64,000 nt of DNA from Marsupella aquatica (taxonomy: Eukaryota > Plantae > Marchantiophyta), in NCBI GenBank assembly GCA_973895155.1, contig OZ316894.1, positions 1,340,953-1,404,952 on the forward strand, given 5' to 3'. The position numbers and the translations under genes were made by a program. Shown piece after piece: positions 49,934 through 60,719 of this stretch (its first letter is position 1; the number at the start of each line of letters is the position of its first letter). The notes under the pieces were generated by a model, which saw only the letters and a program-made list of their open reading frames with translations, was not told the origin of the DNA and ran no database searches.

Positions 49934-50149
49934 CATGGTTGATACTTTGTTCTTCATATTTTGGAGTTGGGTTTGTACTTGGTTGTTTTATGTGTTTTTA
50001 ACTTTTTGCTTCTCTTTTCTTCTCTTTTACTTTATCTCTTTCTTCAGCGTTTCTTAACTCTGTCAAGTATAGGATTTATCTGGGTTATTTGTTATAGCAT
50101 ATTTTATATTTTTTTGGCCTGTGCCTCCTTCCTTATCCTTAGGGTTGGA

Positions 50150-50196
50150 ACTCCTGTTGGATGGCAACAAAAAGGGGTTCAAACCCCCTTGGGAGT
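50150..50196 (+). ncRNA. Predicted mini tRNA-like structure 2 (no anticodon arm)
   Basis: ACTCCT/GGGAGT stem, GTTG-GATGG-CAAC hairpin, AAGGGG-TTCAAAC-CCCCTT T-arm; ~216 nt after the KolX-2 stop. Confidence 0.55.
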
Positions 50197-50858
50197 AATT
50201 GTCAACTCAATTGTACCTATGTTGTGAGTATTCTGTTGGGAAACTTTTCACATATGAACTTTTCTCATCCATTTTAGTTTGGCAGTACACCCCATATACC
50301 AAAAGAAAAAGCTTGTCTAGGGAATGGTTGGTTCTCCAACCTTGGATACACACATTCAAAGCATAGTCTGTTTTATCATAATAACATTTTGTGTTTTATT
50401 TCTCTATAGAAGATTTGTGTTACTTACCAAACAATTGTGTGTACAAATTAGGGTTTTATGTACCATATTTTTGTTATATTGGACAAAATTTATATCTTCA
50501 ACAAATTTGGAATCAATAACAAACAAATAGTGGGAAAGGTAAAACCTTTTCATATTATGAGACAAAAGTTGCATCAGTGTGTTACAATGCTCTACATGCT
50601 AAATACTAAAAAATCCAAGTGCCCCCTACAACATAATGGAAGTAAAACATCCCCAGGTCTTACTTGCATGTCTTCAAAGAAACAACCCTCTGCAATTATA
50701 ACATACAATCAATTCATGAAACAATTAGACCACTTGTCAACATACATAAAAACTGAGGTATCTAGTCATTTAACCCACCCTCAATCCAATGTCTCTAAAC
50801 AAAAACAAATGTTATTGTATAGGCAAAATATAATTACCTCATATATGTTGGTTTAGGT

Positions 50859-53800
50859 CTAAGGTACTCCATAGATACGTAGACTTGTTTGCTCCTTCCA
50901 ACTTGTGGTACGATCCACTAATACTCGTGAACGAGAGGGTCTATCACGAACAACTGTGTTTACTGCTCGACGATCACGAACCTTCCAAACATGTCTCCTA
51001 ATATTTTCATTCCAGTCCATAGCAGTACAACATAAACGCGCATCGTGAGTAGCTGGAAAATGAATACGCTTTATGGCATACTTGCCCATTACAGAATGGA
51101 ATGTTTCAGACATAAAGTTCTCACGAGCCATGGTATAAAATCGCATTTTTTCTGGCTTTATGTACTTGGTCATGAAAGCTTTCATGGCCTTGTGAGTTTC
51201 CCCATCTGCATTCCAAAAGAAAAACTGGTTATTTATCTTATAATTACTATGTCATGCAACATCCAAAACATAATATGAATTTGTCTCAATGCAAAATCAT
51301 TGAATATTTGTGGCACAGTATTTGTTTTACCTCTCTCATAGTACAAGTCCAATTGTAAGGCATTAGATTCTCCAAGATGCTGACAAGGCCGATCAGATAG
51401 TGTCATGCACTTTTCATGGTCACCAGCCCAATGATCTGCACAATTCCCTAACTCAAAAGCCAAGGATTCACTGTCTCCACTCCTGCATTGCAAAGTAGTG
51501 AGAATTTTTTTTATAAACAAGCTATAAATTAATTTTCATCTATAAAATATCTATCAAGGTATTCCAAAGATTATATAAATCAAGGTAGCATTTCAAGCAA
51601 TGTGCAATACTTTTGTAATATGGCACACCTGTTTTTACATGTTCTTGAACACACATAGAACCAGGTCTTAAATTTGCTTGCCAAATTATGCTCCGCTAAC
51701 TCTGGAAACTTGAGACCACGGGTGGCAATGTGTACAAGCTCCTCCTCAGGAAGCCCACGCAAATCCGCAACTCGATGAATTAACGCTTCCTTTCTCAAGT
51801 TAGAGTAACCTCTAATACCCCTATCCTTCAACCAGTCTTTCAACTTTTTATTTGTAACTGCTTGCAAATCAGAGCGAGATGTCACAGTGTCTATGTCAAC
51901 AGTTAGGGTAAATGTGGCACTTGCCAACTTGTCCACAAATTTCCTCACCAAATTTTTAGCCTTGTGCCATAAGTCCTTCTGGTTTATAAATCCCATGTCC
52001 TCAATGATTTTATCAATGGTACTTTTGTCATCATGGATAACCTCTTTTATAACAACTCCCGCATCCGTGAGACTATCTAGTACCCTCTTTGCCCCAATTT
52101 CTTCCATGTACCAAGAGTTTCTCTCCTCTCTTCTACTTACAGTGGTCATCTGAAGGACCCTATTATCGTAGCTATCAATGATAGAAGAAGTACCATGATA
52201 CCCACTCCGAGAAGAATCCCAACGACAATCTAGAAACACAACTAGTCCAGGATCTGCAAGAAAACCAAGAATATATGATGTTGGGTATAAAATTATTCAC
52301 AAAAAACCTAAAATTTATTCAATCAAAGTCCAATGTGTAAAGGTTGTTCATGTTAGAGCAAAACTACGAAATAACAATAAAACATGCTTTTGTTGTACAA
52401 ACCTCATTGAAACAAGTTAACTAAGTTATATATAAGCTTAATTTTCTTGTATAATAGTTTCATTTACAAACCTTCATGAGGTGCACATTGCTGCTGGAGT
52501 CGAGTTTTTACATCTTCCCACACCTCACTTTTGTTTACCTCCCATTGCTGCTTTACAGCATCTATCCATCCTGCTTGAGGTCGTCGTCTTCCACTTTGAA
52601 AATCATGCCAATGGGTTGCAGAAGGGACATGCAAACCTAAATGTGATGTCAATGCGGCTAGAGCTGTAAATGTAAGACCAGCACATAAAGTGGAATGATA
52701 TAGCATAGGAGTAATCAATGGTGAATTCCTTCCCGACTCATTCTCACCAGTCACAAACGTCCACCCATGTCCAGCTTGCCCACAACTAATCCTAATAGAC
52801 CACACTTGTTGCAACTCTCCAATACGCTCCACAATAGGAGTCAATGAACATGCAGGTATATGACACCTAGGAAGTAGTCTTTGAACAAAATTATGAATTA
52901 AGTGTCGCTCAAAAAATGCTATTGTAGCTGGTCGACGAGGTAGAGACCTACGTGAAACTGGTGGGTCAGAGGTACTAGGTGGTATTGATTGTGAGTTTGT
53001 AACTATTGATGGTTGCAAGGCAGGTCGTTCTGGTGATTGAGAATCCAAGACTACATCCTCCTAGTTCAATACAAATATTTACATAGTTAGAAGAATTGAA
53101 ATAAACACACAAAGTGTGATATGTGAAAATAGAGTATGCTTTGAAAAAAGAAATGTGTAGGGAATGTAAGTTGTTGCACCTCCTCCACAACATCCTCATG
53201 TATGGGAGCTCCTAAAGCATAATGAACGGTTGTATCTTCATCTCGATACATGGCTTCATCCTCTGCATCTGATGAATATTGTTCAACAATATGCTCTTGC
53301 AATTCCTCTTCCTCTTCCACTTGTGCATCACTTGTTACAGATTGTTGACTCTGTCAAAAGTAGCCACACATGTAATAGCATTATGGACTGGTTATTGTTT
53401 TGGAAAATAGGGCTTGAAAAAGTCCACATCTACAAACCCCAAGAGAAACTTATCCCAAGACAGCCCCGAAGACAGCACAAGTTTCAAAAAAGGAAATTTT
53501 ATTTGCAAGAAAGATTAAAATCTTGTATGCCTGTTCTAGATGAAAAACAAACATATAAAGACATAACAAAATTATCTATTTAAACATACATCATGTAAAT
53601 TTGTATCCTGGTAATGATCCTCTGAACATTGACTGCTCCTAGGATTCATAAAGGTTGACGATGCTCCAATGTCTGTCGCTAATGCAAGTTCATCTTGTAG
53701 CATTCTAGCGGGCGCTGCTTGCCATGTCCTCAAATGCTCAACCCTATCTCGCACTTCATGAAACAACCACTCAATGACAGCTGAGTGTGTAGTATGTTCA

Positions 53801-54000
53801 TCACCAAGTAAAACTCTCAATTCCTCCCATTCACTCCACAAGTGAAGCGGGACTCGGATTGCAGGCCTTGCATCCGGTCTCCGAAGCCTCTTATAGTCTA
53901 TATCATCACTAGGGTATTTTTTCCGAGGAAGGCCACCACGTTGAGGGGGCCGCTTCCGCTGGTCTGAGACACGATGACGTGGGTCATCCTTTGTAGACAT
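50859..54000 (-). CDS. Kolobok-type DDE transposase, six exons, 764 aa, apparently intact
   Basis: Exons 54000-53590, 53350-53180, 53060-52472, 52253-51629, 51482-51331 and 51205-50859 join in phase (2295 nt, no internal stop). Motifs LDCRWDS (cf. DGR.DS), MEEIG, IHDD, DLWHKAKN, HWAGDH..C, SETFHS...KY..KR..F....ARL...MDWNEN; N-terminal RHH-like segment and C-x4-C...C-x4-H zinc motif. Confidence 0.88.
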
Positions 54001-54059
54001 GGTGCACAAATATAGTCTTTACCGCATTTGCCTAAAATCTCATGAGCTGGAAAAAAGGT

Positions 54060-54888
54060 CAGATGTCAAACATAGAAGTGTGCAAAGTATGTGAATATAA
54101 AAATAATAACATGCAACAAAAACTATGTAGAGTGACCAGTGCATAAATAATGTAAAGGATTCAATCATTCGCTCTTTATTCCCCTTTTATGTTGTGGCCA
54201 ATTGATATAGGTTTTATCTCGTAGTCTCCCCATTATACTTTATCTTAGCTCTTCCTCACATACCAAGCGCAAATTCTCTCTAAAAACACAGCCACATTGT
54301 TGAGAGCCGAGAGGACTCTCCTTCTTCTACAAGTCTGCACAATTTAGAAAAAGCAGATAATTGTCAAAACACTAGCTAGCCCCCTACTCATGAGTGTGAC
54401 TCTGCACAATTTAGAAAAAGCAGATAATTGTCAAAACACTACTGTAGCTAGCCCCCTACTCATGAGTGTGACTCTAAACAGATGTCAAACATAGAAGTGT
54501 GCAAAGTATGTGAATATAAAAATAATAACATGCAACAAAAACTATGTAGTGACCAGTGCATAAATAATGTAAAGGATTCAATCATTCGCTCTTCATTCCC
54601 CTTTTATGTTGTGGCCAATTGATATAGGTTTTATCTCATGGTCTCCCCATTATACTTTATCTTAGCTCTTCCTCACATACCAAGCGCAAATTCTCTCTAA
54701 AAACACAGTCACATTGTTGAGAGCCGAGAGGACTCTCCTTCTTCTACAAGTCTGCACAATTTAGAAAAAGCAGATAATTGTCAAAATACTAGCTTGCCCC
54801 CTACTCATGAGTGTGACTCTGCACAATTTAGAAAAAGCAGATAATTGTCAAAACACTAATGTAGCTAGCCCCCTACTCATGAGTGTCG
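54060..54888. repeat. 419-bp near-perfect tandem duplication upstream of the transposase ATG, each unit with an internal ~68-bp duplication
   Basis: CAGATGTCAAACATAGAAGTG starts at 54060 and 54479; TCTGCACAATTTAGAAAAAGCAGATAATTGTCAAAA occurs four times. Confidence 0.92.
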
Positions 54889-54929
54889 GTCAGTTTAAAA
54901 AAAAATGATTTAAAAAACACGGAGATTGT

Positions 54930-55135
54930 CGAAAGCCTCCACTCTTCCGACCATGCACTTACAATTGAAATGTTGAAAGCCTCCCCCACTTCCGACCATG
55001 CACTTACAATTGAAATGACGGTAAAACGTAACTCACGTTCCTTTCGACTGTAGCGCACGTTGGACCTTTCGACTGTAGCGCACGTTGGACCTTTCGACTG
55101 TAGCACACGTTGGACCTTTCGACACACGTTCCTTT
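54930..55135. repeat. Short subterminal tandem repeats (~44 bp x2; 25 bp x3-4)
   Basis: GAAAGCCTCC....TTCCGACCATGCACTTACAATTGAAATG twice; CCTTTCGACTGTAGCRCACGTTGGA three times plus partial copies. Confidence 0.9.
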
Positions 55136-56377
55136 CAATACTACTAGGCACATTCCTTTCGGCTGTGTAGTGCACAATCCTTTGCACCTTGTGCGCCACA
55201 AAATGTAACGCGTATGCAACAACGCCTGCCGACGTTGAACTCGGCACCTCTCACCCGCAAAGGAAACGCACTACCAAGAAGTCGTCCGGACTGTTCGGAA
55301 ATTGTGAGTAAGTACTTGTATTCATACTGAAGCGCAGCGCCAGCTTCAGCCAAGGGTAGTGCAGGAGGCACCCTGGTCCTTCCACCTACCTCCGCTCTCC
55401 CGTAAGTGACAAGATTCAAAAAGAAAGGGCCGCGCAACCATCGGCGCCGCTGAGGCTCGATCCCAGGATCTCCTGCGCTCCAAAGAGGGCCACAACCAGT
55501 AGAGCCATGCGGGCTGTTCGACTGAAATCGGAATCCAGTAGTATATGACCATTTATTTAGTTTAGAAAAGCTCTCTCCACCTGGTGTCCGTCATGCCAGT
55601 GCTTGCTTTCCTTTCCTGGGCATTCCTTGCGGCGCGGCCATCAACTCTCACCCTCTCACATAAGCGCCAGCCCTCCCCTCGCCAAGTGTCGTTGATCCTG
55701 CCAAGGTCACCAGGTGTTTGGTGAGTTCGGAGACTTCACCGACCCCCTCCTGCTCAGGGAATCTCCTTGCCCATCCACCCCGTCCTGGCCAAAGGCCTTC
55801 GCACAAGCGTAGAGCCAAAATAAGCAGAGTTTTGAACTCACGACGTCTCGATTCGCAGGGGACGATGCAACCAATGTGCTATCTAATCGTCATACCTGTA
55901 TTTGCGGACCCATCTGTATCTAAACATGTATCAACCCGGTAAGAAGGCCTGCGAAGCCCGGCTGTCTAGCCGGGCTGCCCCAAGGCAATCCTGCCCGCGT
56001 GCCTCCGTTTTTTCCGGATCCTAGCGAAATGCGACTTGCCTCTGTGTATAATGAGAGGCTACGGGTAACCCGTAGCCTCTTATACTGGCAGCTGTGGTTT
56101 AAATGGAATGTGGCTACTAGTAATTAAAGTGTTTATATATGTACAATTAATTCACTGTGTGTCTGCAAAGCCTCATTTGTGATAGAAAATTAAAATTTAG
56201 GGTTATGGAAAACAACATATTGTGAATCCCCATTGCAAAATGGACGAGTCAATCAAGATTTCTGTTCATCAAACAAATGAACAAAGCAAATCAATGAATC
56301 TTTCAACCACAAATACTATTTCAGGTTACAAATGATCCACAATTATTGTTATTTGCTTGTCAAAAACCTATTCACTT

Positions 56378-56532
56378 GATTTAGACTTACTAACACTAAT
56401 TGAGTGAAACGCTATTTGTGACATAAGACTAATGGTAGTGAGTAGTGTAGTGGATTTAGACTTATACTAACACTAATTGAGTGAAACACTATTTATGACA
56501 TAAGACTAATGGTGGTGAGTAGTGTTGTGGAT
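56378..56532. repeat. ~75-bp tandem duplication
   Basis: GATTTAGACTTA..CTAACACTAATTGAGTGAAAC.CTATTT.TGACATAAGACTAATGGT.GTGAGTAGTGT.GTGGA twice. Confidence 0.85.
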
Positions 56533-56907
56533 CTTTTGCGGTTGTAAGGGCTAGGGTCTCTTGGGCTTTTTGGATGCTTGGGCTTCCTGGGTTTTTATCC
56601 AAGTTGTGTTTTGTGCTCTATTGGTCTTTTGCCTGTGAGGTACTTTGTCCAGGTTTGGATTTCCTTAAGAGTTTCAGAAAAGGCAGGGACCACCTGAGTG
56701 GGGCCTAGTGCTCAATAATATATGGGAGCTCAGACATAATTGAGAGCAAAGGTCACACTTAGGTTCATGGATGCCATTCCTCCAACGTGGGCTTTTTTAT
56801 TGATATATAAGTAGACTCCTTTCCCTGCACATGATTTCCTACCTCATAAGTGCAAATTTTACTCTGCACAAAAATGACTTGCATTTATCTTAGAGTGTAA
56901 GTAGCAG

Positions 56908-57221
56908 AACCAACTGGCACTGGTCAGTTGGCGAGGAGATGCGCCTAGAACCAAGAGGTCCCAGGTTTAATCCCCCCTCCACATGCAAGGGTTGTGGAGG
57001 GTGAGTGTGTGTGTGTGGGTGGGGTGTAGTGGTGGGAGTCCTGGTTTCTCCTCAGCCCCTGCCTACTTGGCTTTGGGGCTCTAGTCCAACCCTCTCTCCC
57101 TCTTGGTACTGGGTATGACCCCCCTTGTGTGCTACCCTACAGAGGTGCATGCTCCGGAGTTGATTGTCTATCCTCTGTTGGATGGGTCAGCTTTCGATAT
57201 TCAAGGCAAAATAAATAAATA
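56908..57221 (+). mobile_element. tRNA-derived SINE, copy 2
   Basis: TGGTCAGTTGG A-box, GGTTTAATCCC B-box, body homologous to 26041-26336, tail TTCAAGGCAAAATAAATAAAT, TSD TAAGTRGCAG (56898-56907 / 57222-57231). Confidence 0.8.
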
Positions 57222-60200
57222 TAAGTGGCAGGAAATGTGTTTTGTACCAATAAGTGTGCATATACCTTTCTTCCAGTTCATGCAAGTGTAAATTTTTAGT
57301 CTGACTAGTGCAACCCTCTTTGTGTTTGAAAAACTGCAAAATAATTGGGGGGAAAAGAAGACTTGGATGCCGTGCAAGTACCCAGGGTTTGTGCTTAAGG
57401 AGTGTGTACTTATTGAAAGGTCACCATAGTGTAGATAACTCTCAGGGTTTTGGCTCCTTGGGCTTCCAGACGTTTTCCCTTGAATTCTCCCTTTTATTGA
57501 GTCTCTTGCCTTTGTTGCTTTTTGTCTTGCTTTTTGTTCTTTGACATTGTGATGTAAATGTGGAGGAAGACCTATTACAAACTGTGCATTTACATGCCAT
57601 TTCTCCAACTTACCCAAGTGCACGAGCTTTGCTCGTTCACACATCATTTGCCCAACTAGTTCCACTTCCACCACTTTGTTCTAGACTGTAGGCCCGACTG
57701 TAGGCCCTTAGCTAGCTGGCCCATTTTGAGTTCCACCACTAGAGTCTTGGTCTAGAGGCATCACTCTAGACCATAAGCCCTTGCCCTAGCTTCCAACTTT
57801 ATGAGATAGATGTAGACAGAGGAAGAACTACAAAATAGGGTCCAAGGTTCTATCCAATTCCCTCTCCCTCATATATTACAACAACAGTGCAGCCTCGAGT
57901 GCACCTAATGCATGCTGATTGAACCCTAAAAAGTACTATACCTGTTTGAGTGGGTGACAAGGTGGGTGAAGCAATTGAAGATGTTCTAAGGGTCCGTGGC
58001 ATTACATGCAAGACTCTGACAAGATAATTATGGGTTTTGGGGAGTTAGCTTACTGACTGTATTTTTCCAGTTATTACTTGTGAGCTTGGCCTAATAAAAG
58101 TTCACATACTTTACAAAGAGAGTATGCTCTAGCTATTCTTATTTTGAATTTTAAATGACACATTTTACTTTATTATAGATCATACCAAATATTCTTTTCT
58201 TGCGACAACCCTAGCTGCAGTGCACCGTCCATGTCAAAATGCATGCTCCCAGCTTGAAGACACCACGAGCCACAGGATATTGTTTATGCACTTCTCTATT
58301 TGTACGGTCTGCACTATGTAATAATTACATAGGAAATCTGTTGCCCGTTGTGTCATCAGGTCACAAACATCAGACTCCTCATACCCCAAGCCCTCATATT
58401 ACAATTTTCAACACTAAGGCAAGAAACTACTAACTTTAAGTAGTTGTGTGCTACACTTACAGACAAATTCTTGATATGCATGCATTGCAGTAACTAATAC
58501 ATGATCGCAGCCAACAATACACAATTGATCAGATCTGATTTCATACATATGTCAAGCCCTAAGCACCTTTCACTCAATGAATGCACTTGCATCTGCACAA
58601 AACCTGGTCAGCCACACCATAGCCACCAAAGCTCATGCTTGAAGGCTCAACATCAAAGGATGAAGCCTCCAAACCACCACAAGTTAAGGGATTTACAAAT
58701 GAAACTTTTTACAGCAAGGTATACATGGTGGCCTGCATTTATTCATGCTGCACTTAGACACTCTTCACTGTATTTGATTTCAAACACTTTACAAAACTTT
58801 GGTCACATAAAATACCAATAATGGATGACACGTGATTTCAATGAGTTTTTGTAGTTAGACTCAGTGAGGACATGGGGCCCAGTGTCTTGTTACGCCCTCT
58901 AAGATTACATCTGGACCATATAATGAGTGGATGTTGTTGCAATGAGCATTACAAAAACTCAAGGTCCCATCCTCTATGCTGAGGGGTGGGCCAAAGTATA
59001 TGTTGATATGGAATGCTTATTTTGTTGGGTGTGGGCCCACGTATATGTTGATATGGAATGCTTAATATTATGGACACGGACCTTTTGAGATCTCCATAGA
59101 TGGTCCAAACAAACTATGGCTCCTTCATTTAAAGGATTTGCCTCGGATATGCAATTATTGAAGTTCATTTCAGAAGATTTTTGATCTCAAGTGTACCTTT
59201 AGAACCACTGGGCATCCAAATTTGCTTTGGCAAAAACAAGCTACAAGTGCCCCAACGTCTTGTAAAGCCACTCTAAAGTCATTTTGTAAGTGTGGCTTTA
59301 CTAGACGTGAGGGGCCTGTTGTATTCTAAATATTCCCTGTCAATTAAAATTATACATGGACAAAATGGGGACAATATAATTAATGCAAATTATTGCAGTT
59401 GGCTTCTATAATGAATGGAAATTAATTATGGAAATTTCTGCAGTTGGCTTTACAATTAAGAACTCAATGAAACATTCAGGTATGGTGCACGTACCAACCG
59501 TGCATGGCAAGGGTGGTCAAGACATTATTTGGCAACCTTCATTCAAGATTAGCAATTATTGAAGTTCAATTTAAACTATTGTTGGTGTGGAGTCTAGCGT
59601 AAAACAAGAAGTTTCCCTGCCTCCAGAAGTCACTAATGCTTCCAATTTCTTGTAAAGCCACCCTAAGTACGTAGTAGAGTTTTGTTTGTTTAATTCCTTT
59701 CTAACTTAGGGGAAACTGGTGTGGAGCAAGCATTAAGTGACTTGGAGGCCAGAGAAACTGGCAAAGATGTTGTTTAATTATGGATAGGGCTTAGAGCAAT
59801 ATTGTTTAATTACCAAAAAGTATGTGGAATGTATTATGTGCCACAGGCCCTTGTATTACAGTAGAAGAAAAATTGTGAAATTAATATATGTGAATTAATT
59901 CTAGCAGTCCAATTCTCTTTAAGACTCCAATGAACATTAGTCCCTTCAACTTAGGTTGTGTAAAAGGGCATGGCCCTGGTTATTGAATAGCAAGCACAAG
60001 ACGGGGAAAAGTTGCCCAACCAGGGATCACAAGAGACATGCAAGGTGTGCTGTCCATTGGCCAAGTGAAGGAAGGTGGAGCACACCTACTCAGGCTATGA
60101 GACCCAAAACTATGAAATCAAGGACTTGCAAACCTCTGTTCATAGTAGTTGAAGGGTTTCTGACATACTCTTTATTATCTACTCCTATGTCCATAGTAGC

Positions 60201-60719
60201 CAAAGTGTTTTTTATGGGAGTTCTTATGATACATTGGTAGATGTTACAATAGTTGAAGAGTTTCTTTTCACCTATGCTTATTTTACAAATTTTCCAATTA
60301 ATTAGAAATTCAAACAAAATACTGAAAAACACTGATATATCAATCACGACCCAATCATCCAAAGGTTATTTCCTTTTACCTTTGTTTTCAGTTTTTGTTT
60401 AGTTGAAATGTTACCTTTCAGTTTTTCATTATCTTTACAGTTACGGGGCGTAGTTGTTTTTATTTCCCTTGTCTCAACCCAAATACTCACGTCTGGTTTT
60501 TTTTGTGTAACTAATGGTTTTTGGTTGTGACCAATTGTGTTGATGAGCTACACATGCTTCTAAAGATTGTGGAAGGAGCTTCACATGACGGGGGTGCGGT
60601 AACCATGGGGGTTTGGTAAGGGTTATAATTTGTCTGTAAAGACAAAGTTTTGATACTTACATACCCCCATGGGAAGCTCCTTCCAAAATCCCTGAAAGCA
60701 GGTGCAACCACGTCAACAC

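Larger units (their letters stand above)
46354..56098 (-). mobile_element. Full-length Kolobok-type DNA transposon (9745 bp)
   Basis: TTAA at 46350-46353 and 56099-56102; perfect 19-bp TIR ACCACAGCTGCCAGTATAA; Kolobok-type DDE transposase with convergent KolX-like genes. Confidence 0.88.

Noticed and set aside
49025-50196. Calling the tRNA-like elements real tRNA genes or pieces of the local SINE
   Set aside because: They have no anticodon arm, no proper A-box and are only 46-47 nt; apart from a generic B-box they do not resemble the SINE at 26041 or 56908.
40796-50196. Functional linkage between the adjacent PRORP gene and the tRNA-like elements
   Set aside because: PRORP lies outside the TIRs and acts in trans, and this copy may be organellar; adjacency of one insertion is most simply chance.
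54060-54888. KolobokP-style long terminal direct repeats
   Set aside because: The 419-bp repeats are adjacent and internal, not at both ends, and are not bounded by TIRs.
46350-56102. piggyBac assignment based on the TTAA TSD
   Set aside because: Termini are not CCC-type, and the transposase motifs and convergent KolX-like genes are Kolobok-like.
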